From: Xylographa opegraphella
Lineage: Eukaryota
Reading direction: 5' to 3'
Length of the DNA stretch: 64,000 nucleotides
NCBI GenBank assembly: GCA_022813865.1
Contig: JALDZX010000014.1
Span: 310,001-374,000 of the forward strand
The notes under the pieces: generated by a model
The model's input: the letters and a program-made list of their open reading frames with translations, nothing else
Databases searched by the model: none
Told to the model about the DNA's origin: nothing
Position numbers and translations under genes: made by a program
Part shown: positions 1-11,807 of the stretch, piece by piece
How positions within the stretch are numbered: position 1 is the stretch's first letter
How the letters are laid out: each line of letters opens with the position of its first letter

Positions 1-789
1 GGAAGTCGCAAGAATTCAAGAATGCTCTCCCACTGCTGCAGGTCGTCGAGGTTAACACACCATATGCACCCTTCACCCAGGAGCGCCAGTACTGGTTTCA
101 TGTCCGACTGGATGTCGCGTGCGAGGTTCTAGAAAGAGAAACGCCCCCGAATTGCAAGGTGACCAAGAAATATGCACAATAGCGTTTTTGGCTTCATGTG
201 GGGAAGTTGAGGACGAATTGAGCATGCGCCTACTCGCTCAAGGGTCATGTGGTGCATGTGGGTAGATGGGGGTAAAAGCGTCGCGCTTCTACAGGCACAG
301 CAATGATGCTCAACGGCCGGTTGAACATCCAACAAAAAGCCTCCGTAATTATCACTTTCAATAATTCTGTATTTTGTTCACTTGACTATGAGAATGTGTC
401 TTCACTGTACATTCGTACCCTAAGGTACTTTAGGCACTCAAATAGTCGACCGCGGTAGTTGCCTGTCACAATATACTTGAACGTTAATGACAGTCAGAAC
501 CCTCGCAACTCAATGGCAACGTAGTCGCTGTAATTGGGAATAGCTTGAATATTAGCTTCTGTCCGCTTTCGGACATGTTGTTCAACCCTACCACACCACC
601 ATTGTCGATATCCCTTCTTTATCCACGAATGCTTGCAACTGTTTTTACGGCAAGGAATGCGATCATGCGGTCAATGGGAATGGTACAAGAGCTGATAAAC
701 TACTGTGACCCTCGTGTTCATGTCGTCTTCAAAAGTTTATTGTATCGGGAGTTGTGGGAGCGTCTACGTCGTGAAATCTCATGGGGTAT

Positions 790-1200
790 ATCAACCAAAG
801 CTCACTCATAGTAGTCACAAGTAGCCAAGTCCTGTGATCAAGTCGTTATGCTATCCTATTGTACGCTTATCGCTCGCACGCAGGTACATGAAGGTAAGAA
901 ACAAACAACGTCCGAGACAATGCAGCGAACACGGCAAACCGTCGTACTTATGGGTAGCCGAGTCTCAAAAGTAGTCCGTTATGGTAATCATTCTGGACGC
1001 ACATTGCTCGCAAAATGCCTTGAGGCAGGAAAAAAAGGAGGAGAGTGGGGTACAAAGGGGCAGTACAGAACAGAGAATGCTCAACCATCGTAGTCGTAGG
1101 TAGTCGAGTCGTAACAAGCCGTTCGTCATGATATGCGCATTGCTCACATGTCCAGAGGGGCAAGAACCCACGCAACAAGAAAAGAACTGAACACAAGCCA
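790..1200. repeat. Three degenerate ~140-150 bp tandem units
   Basis: Shared core GTAGYCRAGTC...GTYATG.TA...CGC..AT.GCTC.CA at ~821, ~954 and ~1100. Confidence 0.5.
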
Positions 1201-1256
1201 CAGGCTATTGCGCGTTAGCTGCAGCACTTTACACGAGCCAAGACAACCTTGCTCAC

Positions 1257-4200
1257 CTAATCATCCAGCCTCCAGCCGCCTTTAGGATCGGCGTCCTCAG
1301 CCCCAAACCCTTCCCACCCTTTCCCAAATATTGGTACGTAGCCCGATTCCAGTCTCTGGTAATCAGCTACCCCAGGAAATCCTTCGCCACGAAGGCGGTA
1401 CTCCCAGCCTCGAATGGTGGGGTGCTGTCGCTGCCAGATCCGCAGCGGCCAATACTTGGCCTCCCAACGCTCCAAATGGGCCCTCATGCCACCTCCGAAC
1501 ACAATACCGAACTTGTCAAAGTACATGGCTCGGCAGCTTGGAGTGCAATCTTTGACAAGTGCAGGCACGCCGCTCCAGAGGCATTCACAGGGGTCTGCTT
1601 CCGATCCTAGTCTCGTGTCGTATTTAAACTCGAGCTTGAATTGGATCGTCAAGATTCGTTCCGTCGCATCGGTCCACTTCTGCTGGAGCCGAAGGCAGTA
1701 CCTCAGGAGGGCGAAGAGGTATTCCAGTGCCCCAGTGTTTGCTTGTCGGAAGAATGCCATGTTCAATAGACGTTCGACGCGCGGCTTGTACACCGCTGCC
1801 ACGTCTTCCGGCCATTCGACGATTTCTGAGGTCGAACCTCCCAAAAACAAGGTATACTGGCCTTTATTGAATATGGCGAATGTTTGTTGACGATGTTTTT
1901 GAAAACTTCGGTTCTTGAAATCTACTGTAAGGACGGGATCTTCGTCGACGTCGATGATCGCTGGGTATCGTCGATAAAAGCGGTCTGGCTGTGAACCTGG
2001 ATCGATCGGATGCGCATAAACCTCGGCCGGGGTGCCACAAATTTTCCAGTGATTCGGGATATCTTGAATTAAGTGTGCCTTCGTACAGTAGCGAACCCGA
2101 CTCTTAGTACCACATCCATGGCAAATCACTGTGGTGATATCGGGATCTCGAGTTATTTTACCACAGCTAAATAATTTGCAGTAAAACGGATCTCGATCAT
2201 GACGCCAAACCGTGAACCCAGCATACTCATAAGCTTGGTATTGGCAAAGCTTGCCAGGAGGAAGATAGTCTGGATGGTCGATATCACTACGTAAGTCTCC
2301 CCGCCAAGGTCTAGAATGGGGAGTGATCTCGTAACAGTCAAGCTTCTCGTTGTAGTTGACTATGGGCTCAGGATTGTCTGTGAAATTGGGGAACATGTAC
2401 ACCGGGCAATCTGACATGTTTCCTGCCCGATAATTCTGCGGAGATTTCTTCACAGGACGAGGAAATCGGTAAGCACTTGTTCCTCGGGGAATGGCACGGA
2501 GTTCTTGATCGTTGCTGTAATACTGCCATTTCAGTAGGGTAGTCCAGGGAGTGTAAGGGTGTTCCTCGCGTAGTGAAAGTCTCGTACTCGGACCTTTATT
2601 TGTAATCTGCTGCAGATCCACACCTTCATATTCTGAGAAATCCTCGTTGTCGTCGCTTCCTCCGAGGGGCATCGGGTCGTGAGAGTCTACTTTTGTCTTA
2701 AAAGTATGTAAGGTCTCAGAATGACACCGGCGATGGATTATGCGATTACGTAAAGCTAGATCCTCAACCGAAGGAGGTTTAGCATTCTCATGACGAGACT
2801 CAGGTATAGTCGGAAGTGGCGACAAAGTGATGACCCGTCTCATGGACTGACGTCTAGTAATAACTGGCACTGAAAGCAGGTCATTCGACTTAGAAGTGAT
2901 GCCGAGGCTCAAAGCTTGTTGATCAGAGCTCAAAGGAGTAATTTCCTTCATAGCTGTACTTGAATGATCCTCTAACAAGGTTGTTTCACCATCGAGACTG
3001 GTCATGTTTTCGTCCTCATGCGATAGGCTACGCTCACGGATGCCGACAATTTCACGTGTCATCCTGGAGTTTTCTTGCTCGAGATTATGGATCTGATGTT
3101 CAATCTCACGGGTGTGGTTCCTCACTTCTTCGAGAGATAGCGGGGAAGGCTCTGACAATAACCTCTCCTTCGCTTCCGCGAGTTGTTCCGACGGAATTTG
3201 AAGGGTTCGAAGCTCGAGTTCAGTTGCCGATCTGACCTTTCTATGGTCCACGGGACGCTCGACTGAGCGGGAGAAGTATGTTGTCGGCGAGTTTTTCATT
3301 GGAGCCAAGTTCGGCTCTGCCAGTTGGAAAACTGGATACGGCTCGTGAGGCCGTGCGGCCTCGACAGATTCCTCGTGATCCCCTGGCATTGGGGCTGTTG
3401 TCTTGACAACTTCTTCGTGATTCCTTAGTCTGTTTTCAGAGTCTCCTGTCACAAGAGCTTCTTCATGATCTCGTGGCGTCTGGTGATGATCTGCTGTCCC
3501 GACAAACTCTTTATCATCGCCTACAAATGGATCACATGTCTCAGCAACTTCCTCGTGATCCCCTGCCACTGTTTGTGACAATCCTTGTTTGCCCTTCTTC
3601 TTTTGCTTATTTTTCTTCTTCTTGGACGCGGAAATGTGCTTTGTTGTGTCTGTAGGATCCTCCAAAATAACCCCTGGTGAAGTCCGATTTTCTTGGTCAA
3701 CGGGAATAGACCTAGTGTTGTTGGAAAGCATTGAACCATTGCTCGTAGTCTCGGTCTGAGGGGTATTCAACACTTGAGCAGCGTGTTGTTGAGCCAGTTT
3801 CTTTTTGAGCTTCCGTTCGTTGCGGCGTCTAGTAGTATAGGTAGCTGCATGTGAAGTTGACTGAACATCGAGTTCACCTGATTGAATGACCTCTGAAGCC
3901 AAAGACTGGGACTCCATTATTGGAGGAAGCGAGGAGATGTATTCTACGAGAGTCGATAGATCCAATTTGGAGTTGTTGATGTTCGAGGCAAATTCGCTTA
4001 GCTTCTCGAGTGTGAGTTTTGCACGCGTGAAGCCAGCCGCACGTAGTTCCGTGATGGCCTTAATTGTCTCTCGAACCAGTGATCTATGTATCAATGCTTC
4101 GCACGCTGGTGGTACCCAGTCATCGTTTGCTACACCAGCAGTGGTAAGTGGATTTTCCCTAAGGTTGGCCTTCGCCTTCTCCGCGACAAGTCGAAGGATC

Positions 4201-5049
4201 CCCTGCACGCGTTAGATACGACTCGACTCACCAAGCGCTAGGACGAGACCGATACTTACTTGCTCGATTCCTACCTGCAACTGTACGCTCTCGACGTACA
4301 GTACTTTTGCAATGTCTCCCTAGACTAGGTAAGCATCTATATGGTGCATCCATGGAGAAATAACATACTGGGTTCTGCAGCATATGATGGGATGCCTTCA
4401 AAAGCCAAGTCTTCATAAGGTTGGATTTGGTATCCTGATATGCATATTCAACGAAGCACAAAATTCCCGAAGGCTTCCAAGAGACCGTATAATCTTCGAG
4501 TTTCAAGCTGCCAGGCTCTAGGTCTAGAGCCAATGCTGCTGTCTCATTCAGGGGTAAATGATCGTCAAACCGGATTGCTTTAAGCCGGTCCCAGAGTATT
4601 TGCCATTTTGCGCGAGTAGGATTGTCACATGAAGCAAGTCTTAGCCTCAACGAAGTTCCGAGATCATCTGGTACATATACTGGCGCAGGGAAGCTGGAAG
4701 ATTCCGGGTTAGTCAGAGCCTCGAGAAGTTCTGCGGCTTCTTTGTCATTTTCGTCATGTTGGAGGACTTCTGTAGCTATTTGTCTGAGCCAATCATCGTC
4801 GGTGATCATATATGGAATATCTTCAGCTTGCATGGTTGGACTGAGCTGGTTGCGAACACGTGTATTCTGTGTTGATGTCGTTGAGTTACCCTCATTGCTG
4901 ACCATTATCCCCATGTTCGCCATCGTCTTCGATGCTTCAGCATGCGTTTCAGCATGATAGCTGGTTGACACATCCGAGTTCGTTTTCAATCGATCGCGTT
5001 CATGCTCTTTCGGGTCAGAGATAGCACTTGCTTGGTGTAAATTCTCCAT
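1257..5049 (-). CDS. Large hypothetical protein with C-terminal MYND-like zinc finger (3 exons inferred; start uncertain)
   Basis: ORFs 4228-5094 and 1257-4208 joined by introns 4320-4368 (GTATGT..TAG) and 4203-4259 (GTAAGT..CTAAC..CAG); motif CKLFSC...CHGC...YCTKAH...HWKIC; Lys-rich NLS-like tracts. Confidence 0.7.
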
Positions 5050-6521
5050 GTTTTTTTTTCCTTCTGAGGACTCTTCAAGCAGGTTAACCAGCAAGGTATT
5101 TGGCGGTAATAGAGACAGCTTATAAGATCTTTATCAGAAGAGAAACAGAATTTATTACGACTATCAACTGATACACTCACAGAAATTGTCGTGATGCAAG
5201 TGAGAGTTAAGCAGTCGACCCAAAATAGGGGTTCTGTACAGATAAGAAGTATGAGTCTTACGACATGGCTGACAAGCGTGTACTCATAAGTTGTTGGACA
5301 ACTGTGGTAATGGTGGAAGAGGTTGATCGTGAGAACTTGTGAAATTTGTCAACATAGCCCAAGTGTGGGTTCGCTAAAGGATTTGCGGCTTAGCAACGCC
5401 GGACACACGGGTCAAGAGATTACTGTGCGGCTTCGAGCTCATCAGTCGACAGGGGGGTGGACTAAAAGGTCTTCAGTCCAGGAGAAAGCGGCTGGTGAGG
5501 GCCCCACGCCGAAAGTATTCACTGTTAACATGCCTCCCAATCTAGTCTCCCTCAGCTCTGACAATCGGTCACAAGAGTTGACGACATGATCACGACCGAA
5601 GGTCTCGATGCTCAGGCTGTAGGCTTGAGACCTAGCAGGAAGCAGACGAATGACCATCACGCCTGCAAATACCGAAGGTCAACCCATTACCCCCGATGAC
5701 CTTCGCTTCAATCAACAGTAGCATATACCTAAGGGGTTTGGCGCTTCCTCACTGATGTTTATATGCCGATGTTCTCGTTCTCGCAGCAGCCAGTTAACAT
5801 CGCATCCACTGGAGTATACTTTGCTCCGATTTAAGCACTTTAGCGCATTCGAAGATCTATCACGAGTGCATCATAACCATGACCCACACTTATAGGTAAC
5901 AGTGGCCTGTACTGTGCGAAGTTTCACCGTAGCGGACTATCTTTGCATTCGCGGACAGCGTGTGAGCACGAGGATTTGTGATTGAGTGGTCAAGATAGCC
6001 AACATTCAAGATACAATAGATATTTACATTGCTTTACAAAGATGCTGTCTGTCGCCTGCCTCAGGAACTGTATATTGGCAAGTAGTGGATATTTTCAAAA
6101 TGAAAAACTTGTACAGTTTGCAAGCACTATACATTTCTGCCTTAAATGGAATGAAGCATCGACTAGCACATAAAAAAGGAATCCAAGCTGATCATATACT
6201 TTGATTTGAAATTCATTGACGCATCTATAATCTATAACAATATTTCTTCAATCATGTAAGAATAGCATATGCCATGTCGTCGGCCTAGAAGGCCGCAGCG
6301 TCTATTAGCCGGCGCTCGACGCGATAGGATATGCTCTACCCCAATAGCCGCATCCGTGATTTGTCCGCAAGCGTGCTTGGAAAAGTACCAATGAGAATAA
6401 TTTCTTGTGTACCTATAGGCAAACTTCGCACCATCATAACAAGGTTTTCTACATGTTAAAATATACCTTCCAACTGTCTCGCTTGCACTGATGGTCTGAG
6501 ACTTTATTTACTTGGCAAATT

Positions 6522-8472
6522 ATGGCAGAGCAACCTAACATTTCTCAGATCCTGGCGGCTTTGGGTATGTTCAAATAACAGAGAGCAACATGACACAACT
6601 GACATTTTGTGTCTACAACAGCTGCGCAGCGCCCTGGTGGCACACCAAATCAAGGGCCTCCGCTTCAACAGCCAGCACCTCAGCCGTATCAAACCTCCTA
6701 TGTTAGTGCAGCTCCTCCAAGTGTTCCAGGCGTGTACGCACTGCCTCAGCCAAGTACCTCCGGCAGCGTAGATCTCAGCAACATCAAACCTTCGAACTCA
6801 GGCTCTGTAAGTCTAGCCGACGCAGTCGCAAGGGCCCGAGGTATTGCACTCGAGAAGGGAATTTCATATGATGCTGGTCGTGGTGGTAAGTATTCAATGC
6901 GATGATTTATGCAATGAAATTCGACCTAGATCGCTAACTAGTACTGTCTTTTCAAAGCACCCTTTCGCGACAGTGATCCAAGATTAACAGGCCGTCCCTT
7001 TCATATCTCAAGATCTCGCTCAAGGTCGCCTGCGAGGATCGGTCGTGAGAGTTTTCGCGATAACTACAATCCATACCGCGATGAGCGTCGTGACGATCCC
7101 CGCCGCGTAAATGCTCAAAGCTTCCCTCGAGATCGATCATTTTCACCCGGTCTACCAGGTCGTGGCGGTCTGCAATCCTTTCCTCCTCGCTCTTTTGTGG
7201 GTTCTGACGAGCGGTCGCCACCTGGATACGGAGACGATGGCGAGGAATATATTCTCATCGATTCTGGTCTTGTTGGCTTGATCATTGGTCGCCAAGGCGA
7301 GAATCTTCGACGTGTTGAACAAGAGACGCAGACTAGAGTGCAGTTCATAACAGGTCCAGACGCCACCGGACCAAAACGGCAGTGTAAGATCCGAGGTACA
7401 AAGGCGCAACGTGATGATGCGAAATCTGAGATAGCAAGAATCATTGAAGAGAATGGGAATCCTGCAAGAGGGAACGTTCCTCCCGAGCGCTTCGCGGCAG
7501 GTAATAAAGCAGTCGCCGGTCATCAACCTGCCCTCCGTGCAGGCGAAGACGCCGAGCAAATTATGGTACCAAACCGTACTGTTGGACTGATCATTGGTAG
7601 AGGGGGCGAGACCATAAGAGACTTGCAAGAGCGTAGTCAATGTCATGTGAACATTGTCGGCCCAGAAAAGGCGGTGAACGGGCTGCGTCCAGTCAATCTT
7701 ATTGGTACACCACAAGCCGCAGCTATGGCCAAGGAGCTGATCATGGAGATTGTTGACAGCGATACCAAAAGTATGGCAGCTCAGAGTGGACCTCAAGGTG
7801 GGCAGCTTCGAGACAATGGCCTGCCATCTGGTGGTCCTGGATATGGCGTTTTTGGTGGGGCAGATAGTTATGGCGAGAAAATTAACGATACCATCATGGT
7901 CCCATCCGAAGCTGTCGGGATGATAATCGGTAAAGGTGAGAGCTCAAGATCTATTACAGGTTGTTGTTACTCTGAGACTGACCATAAACAGGTGGAGAAA
8001 CCATCAAAGACATGCAGATTAATACTGGGTGCAAGATCAACGTTGCGCAGCCAGCTGGAACAGACCATGAGCGTGAGATAGGGCTTGTCGGTTCCCGAGG
8101 CGCAATCGACCAGGCAAAGCGAGCCATCATGGAGAAGGTTTACGCAGTGGTTAGTCATTTCGTCTCGCTGTTTTGAAGCGTATGCTTATATTGAACAAGG
8201 AGGAGAAGAATCGACCTGGAGGTGGTAGTCGTCATGATGAGCCGTACCAGGATCGTTATTCTAACCAACAGCCAACAATCAACTCTGCTGCTGGATATGG
8301 TGCTCAACAACCACACGCGCAAGCCATGCCGCAGGGTGGGAGTCAGCCTGACCCGTACGAAGCATACGGTGGTCTAGCCAACTATCAGATGCTTTGGGCC
8401 CAGTATTATCAAACTGTCGCTGCCCAAGGTCAAGCAGGCCCTGGACTCCAAGGACTTCCAGGACCGACATGA
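6522..8472 (+). CDS. KH-domain RNA-binding protein (three KH domains, FUBP/KSRP-like)
   Basis: MAEQPNISQILAAL start; three GxxG KH motifs (GLIIGRQG, GLIIGRGG, GMIIGKG); RS-rich region; C-terminal DPYEAYGG...WAQYY; multiple GT-AG introns. Confidence 0.88.
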
Positions 8473-9559
8473 TTTGTTGTCATCCGTTTGCATGAAAATT
8501 CGCCCATGACTTGATGTTGAATTGACCTCTTCGTTGAATGCCCGAGGAGCTGATGCCATGACTATGCGGCATCCTTCATGACTTGACAGCATCTTGATAC
8601 GCATATGGATGACACATCGTGACTTATGGGTCGTCGTGATCATGAGGCTGTTGCTGTTGCCCACGATTGTTACGTGATTGATGATGCTGGTGGTGACGCT
8701 CATGCAATATGATCGATAATTGCAATGTGATCGATGATTGCTCTATCGCTCAAACACTATCGACATCTGAAAGCTTGCGCCAGACTACAGCAATTTCGTT
8801 CAGTATCTATGGAAAGCTGCACTAATATTCTTCTTTCAGACGATCAATTGATGGGTGACTGTTGATTCAAACTACTCAATAATCTCCAGCCTGTTACTGC
8901 TCTCTTTCCCTAAGGTCTTTCAAACTGTGGTACAGTCATTGCTATGTACGAACGCAAGTGGAATCGCAAGCAACATGGCAATCTGGCCTATCGATTCAAG
9001 CAATATTCTTAGCTTCTGCATTCGTTATTGTAAGTGAAGGCTTTCTTTTCATGGACTGTTAGTGCAAGGAACATTTCAAATCGCGATCGATCAAGATAAG
9101 TGCTAGCTTTGGGAGGTCAGATATGACCAAATCAGACTCTCAAACGGTACTAGTATCAGTGAACTTCTTAAAGAAAGGCGAAGGATGTTTGCTTATTTCG
9201 GATACTTGCAGAACAATCGATTGATAACATTGATATTTCCCAAACCGAACGTTGAGATATTTCTCGCTTGATGGCGGCAGTCAGTTTGACCAAATATGCG
9301 CATGTTACGGCTAAAGACCTCAAGAGTCGCTCCACAGGAATAAAGTGGGAGAACAACGACTCTAAGGTATCTTCGTCGCTCTACATTAGTTATTCGCCTG
9401 AATACGTCTATCCTGAATATCCTAATGTAGTATTTAGCCAGTACGTAATCCCCACCATGTAATACAAAATAATCGACATCCGCTATGTATTCAGTACCGG
9501 GCACCACATTACGCAGGCCACCAATGCGACCGCCACTGCTTTTCCCGAGGTGTTCTAGC

Positions 9560-11422
9560 TCAGACTTTATCAAACCACTTTCCCCACCCTTCTCCTCTGA
9601 CCTCCCCGTCTTCTCCACCGATAAACATCCTCTCCTCGTCCTCCCACCGTGTCCGCTCGACGCGCTCGCGTGCTTCATAGGCTCTCACAAATCGCCAGGC
9701 CTCGGTATCTGCTAGGTTCCATGCCTCAACAACTTCCTTCATATCGACCTTATCGCCCGCCTTCACAGCTTTGGTCACCACCTGCTTGGCTTTCGCAAAA
9801 AGGTCTTTCTGTAGCGTCAGGGCCTCCTCTGTCGGCGCTTGCGCTTTCAAGGAGCTGGTGAACATTTTCATCTGTACATTTGTGCCTGATGCCGTCACGT
9901 CTTGGACAGAGCGATCGGCACGTGGGAGCTCGAAGCCGAAATGCCATTCTAGATCCCGCCATTGGAAGGTATGCTCTGCTGTTATCCATAAACCCCGCGC
10001 AGCGCTGAATTCGCCGGCTACTTCTTCTTTCAAGTTCACAATTCGGTCCGTCCCACCAAGTCTCGTGCCCAGGGTATCTCGCGTTACCAGCTGTAACCAG
10101 CGGTCGCGCTCGGTCTCGCGACGGATGTGGGCAACAGTGATTTCTGTCTTCCGAGCAAGGAGGAGAGTGAGAGTATAAGGATGGGGAACAGTGCCAATAT
10201 TGAACAGGGAAGTATCGTTGCCCTTTGAATGAGGATAAGTGATTTTGAGGGAGCTGCACTCCTTGCAGCCGTCCATATTGGGAGGACATGAGTGCGGCAG
10301 CGGGGAGTCTGCGCAGGTGTTGAGAGAATGAGCTATCGCTAAGGCTTGTGAGAATATGACGGCGCTTTCGAATGCGTGAGGGCTGAGAATTGCGAAGCCC
10401 GATGGGTGGTTGTTCAGGAAGTTGGCGTGTAGGTGAGCGGAAATTAGGTTAGACAGGGAAGTGAGGCCTTCGGCTTGATTGGTCAGAAGGGTGTCGGTGA
10501 TTGGTTTGTAGAGGGCTGTGAGGGATCCCGGGTCATAGAAGGCGAGATCGGAGGGCTTTGGGTCAACAGCAAACATATCAGGATCAGAAGTAGCCTCGAG
10601 GACAGATTTCGCACTGGTAAGTTTGCGAGACTTGAGCACGACAGCTATTGCAGCCTGTATAGACATTTGATCGCCAGAATATAGCCCGCTACCCAGACTT
10701 TCGTACCGTGTGAGCCGAGGAAACTGGCCCCGTCGAAGATACGAGAGCAGATGGTCATCGTAAGCACCCATTGGGAGAAGGAGCCAATTCGCCAAAATAC
10801 CAGAGCCCATTTGACCCCATGCAAGCCAGCGCATGAGCTCCGCTTCGAGGGCCGGAGTGAGCTCTTTCCCCTGCAGCGTCTCGTAGTGTGGATTGTTCTT
10901 TGCCTCTGCGCGTCCAAGTATGACTGGTTTGAAGCCTTGCGCCCACCATGCACGCCGCCAGGTGAGCAGTAACTTATTCTCCGCAGCCCGCACTTCTTCA
11001 GTTTTCTCTATTTCGGTGTCGTAAAAAGTGTATATAGGTGGTCTAGTGGCTGGCGGTGGAAGCACAGAACGATGCTCATCGAGGGTAATTGTGGAAGAAA
11101 ACGGATTGAGCCATTTCCAGTCACTATACCACTTTGCTTCTCCGCTTGTGCTGTTCTTCTGGACCGGTGGCTCATGTGCAGCTTGCCGAAACGGATTGCG
11201 TACATCGGGGAGGAGCGCTGTAAGCTTTGGACGTGATATACTAGGCCGTGGGGCACGCTCTTTCGCTGCTTTCACTGCGGCTGAAGCATCTGAGACGGAC
11301 GATGTCGAGATGAATAGCACAAAGAGAAGTACCCCGGTCAGAAACACAATCAACGGGCCTCGCTTTGGACTGGAGACCTGTGGATATGCCGAAGCGCTTT
11401 TTGGGTATACTTTGGCTGACAT
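9560..11422 (-). CDS. Conserved hypothetical type II membrane protein, 620 aa
   Basis: Long intronless ORF; single N-terminal TM (LIVFLTGVLLFVLFI); RPPIYTFYD...WRRAWWAQGFKPVILG...RWLAW core. Confidence 0.8.
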   Translation of the reverse strand: MSAKVYPKSASAYPQVSSPKRGPLIVFLTGVLLFVLFISTSSVSDASAAVKAAKERAPRPSISRPKLTALLPDVRNPFRQAAHEPPVQKNSTSGEAKWYSDWKWLNPFSSTITLDEHRSVLPPPATRPPIYTFYDTEIEKTEEVRAAENKLLLTWRRAWWAQGFKPVILGRAEAKNNPHYETLQGKELTPALEAELMRWLAWGQMGSGILANWLLLPMGAYDDHLLSYLRRGQFPRLTRYESLGSGLYSGDQMSIQAAIAVVLKSRKLTSAKSVLEATSDPDMFAVDPKPSDLAFYDPGSLTALYKPITDTLLTNQAEGLTSLSNLISAHLHANFLNNHPSGFAILSPHAFESAVIFSQALAIAHSLNTCADSPLPHSCPPNMDGCKECSSLKITYPHSKGNDTSLFNIGTVPHPYTLTLLLARKTEITVAHIRRETERDRWLQLVTRDTLGTRLGGTDRIVNLKEEVAGEFSAARGLWITAEHTFQWRDLEWHFGFELPRADRSVQDVTASGTNVQMKMFTSSLKAQAPTEEALTLQKDLFAKAKQVVTKAVKAGDKVDMKEVVEAWNLADTEAWRFVRAYEARERVERTRWEDEERMFIGGEDGEVRGEGWGKWFDKV

Positions 11423-11637
11423 TGTGGATACTACTGGTAGTTCCCAGTAGTATTTACTATTTCTTCGAAAGGCAATCTTCCATCATCGGCTTTTCACAAA
11501 ATCTGATCGAGCACCGACACTGTGTCAATCCCTAGGGAATCTTCAGCCACTTTAACTAGTGGCGCAGCCAGGGATCGCTAGGGGTGATAGCGTACCACAG
11601 TAAGCGCGCGTGCCGTGCCTAGCCCGAGCTAGCGTAA

Positions 11638-11697
11638 AGCCCTAGACCAACAGTTCAAACACATTTTATGCTCAAAAGGCATGGTCTGTCGAGTCAT
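11638..11697. promoter_or_regulatory. AGCCCTA motif and Gcn4/CpcA-like GAGTCAT site upstream of LeuRS
   Basis: AGCCCTA at 11638-11644 (also upstream of RPS6); GAGTCAT (ATGACTC reverse) at 11691-11697, ~110 bp before the ATG. Confidence 0.35.
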
Positions 11698-11807
11698 AAA
11701 ATGGGTCAATAGCAATCATTTCGTACAAAACGCTGTCCCGGGGCCCTTGTCTGGCCAAGATATCAATCAATTCAAAGTCCCGGACTCAATCGACCGCAGT
11801 TTTGGCA

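Noticed and set aside
1..335. Possible gene fragment at the window start (open + frame 3-183; open minus frame after a TTTCTAG acceptor at ~129)
   Set aside because: Both strands are plausible, no recognisable motif, too short to call.
5100..6400. Possible ncRNA or upstream exons in a long intergenic region
   Set aside because: No convincing C/D, H/ACA, tRNA or snRNA signature; candidate upstream exon did not splice in frame.
8820..9460. Branch/acceptor-like site followed by coding-looking sequence (possible relic gene)
   Set aside because: Many stops in the frame examined, no long ORF and no recognisable domain.
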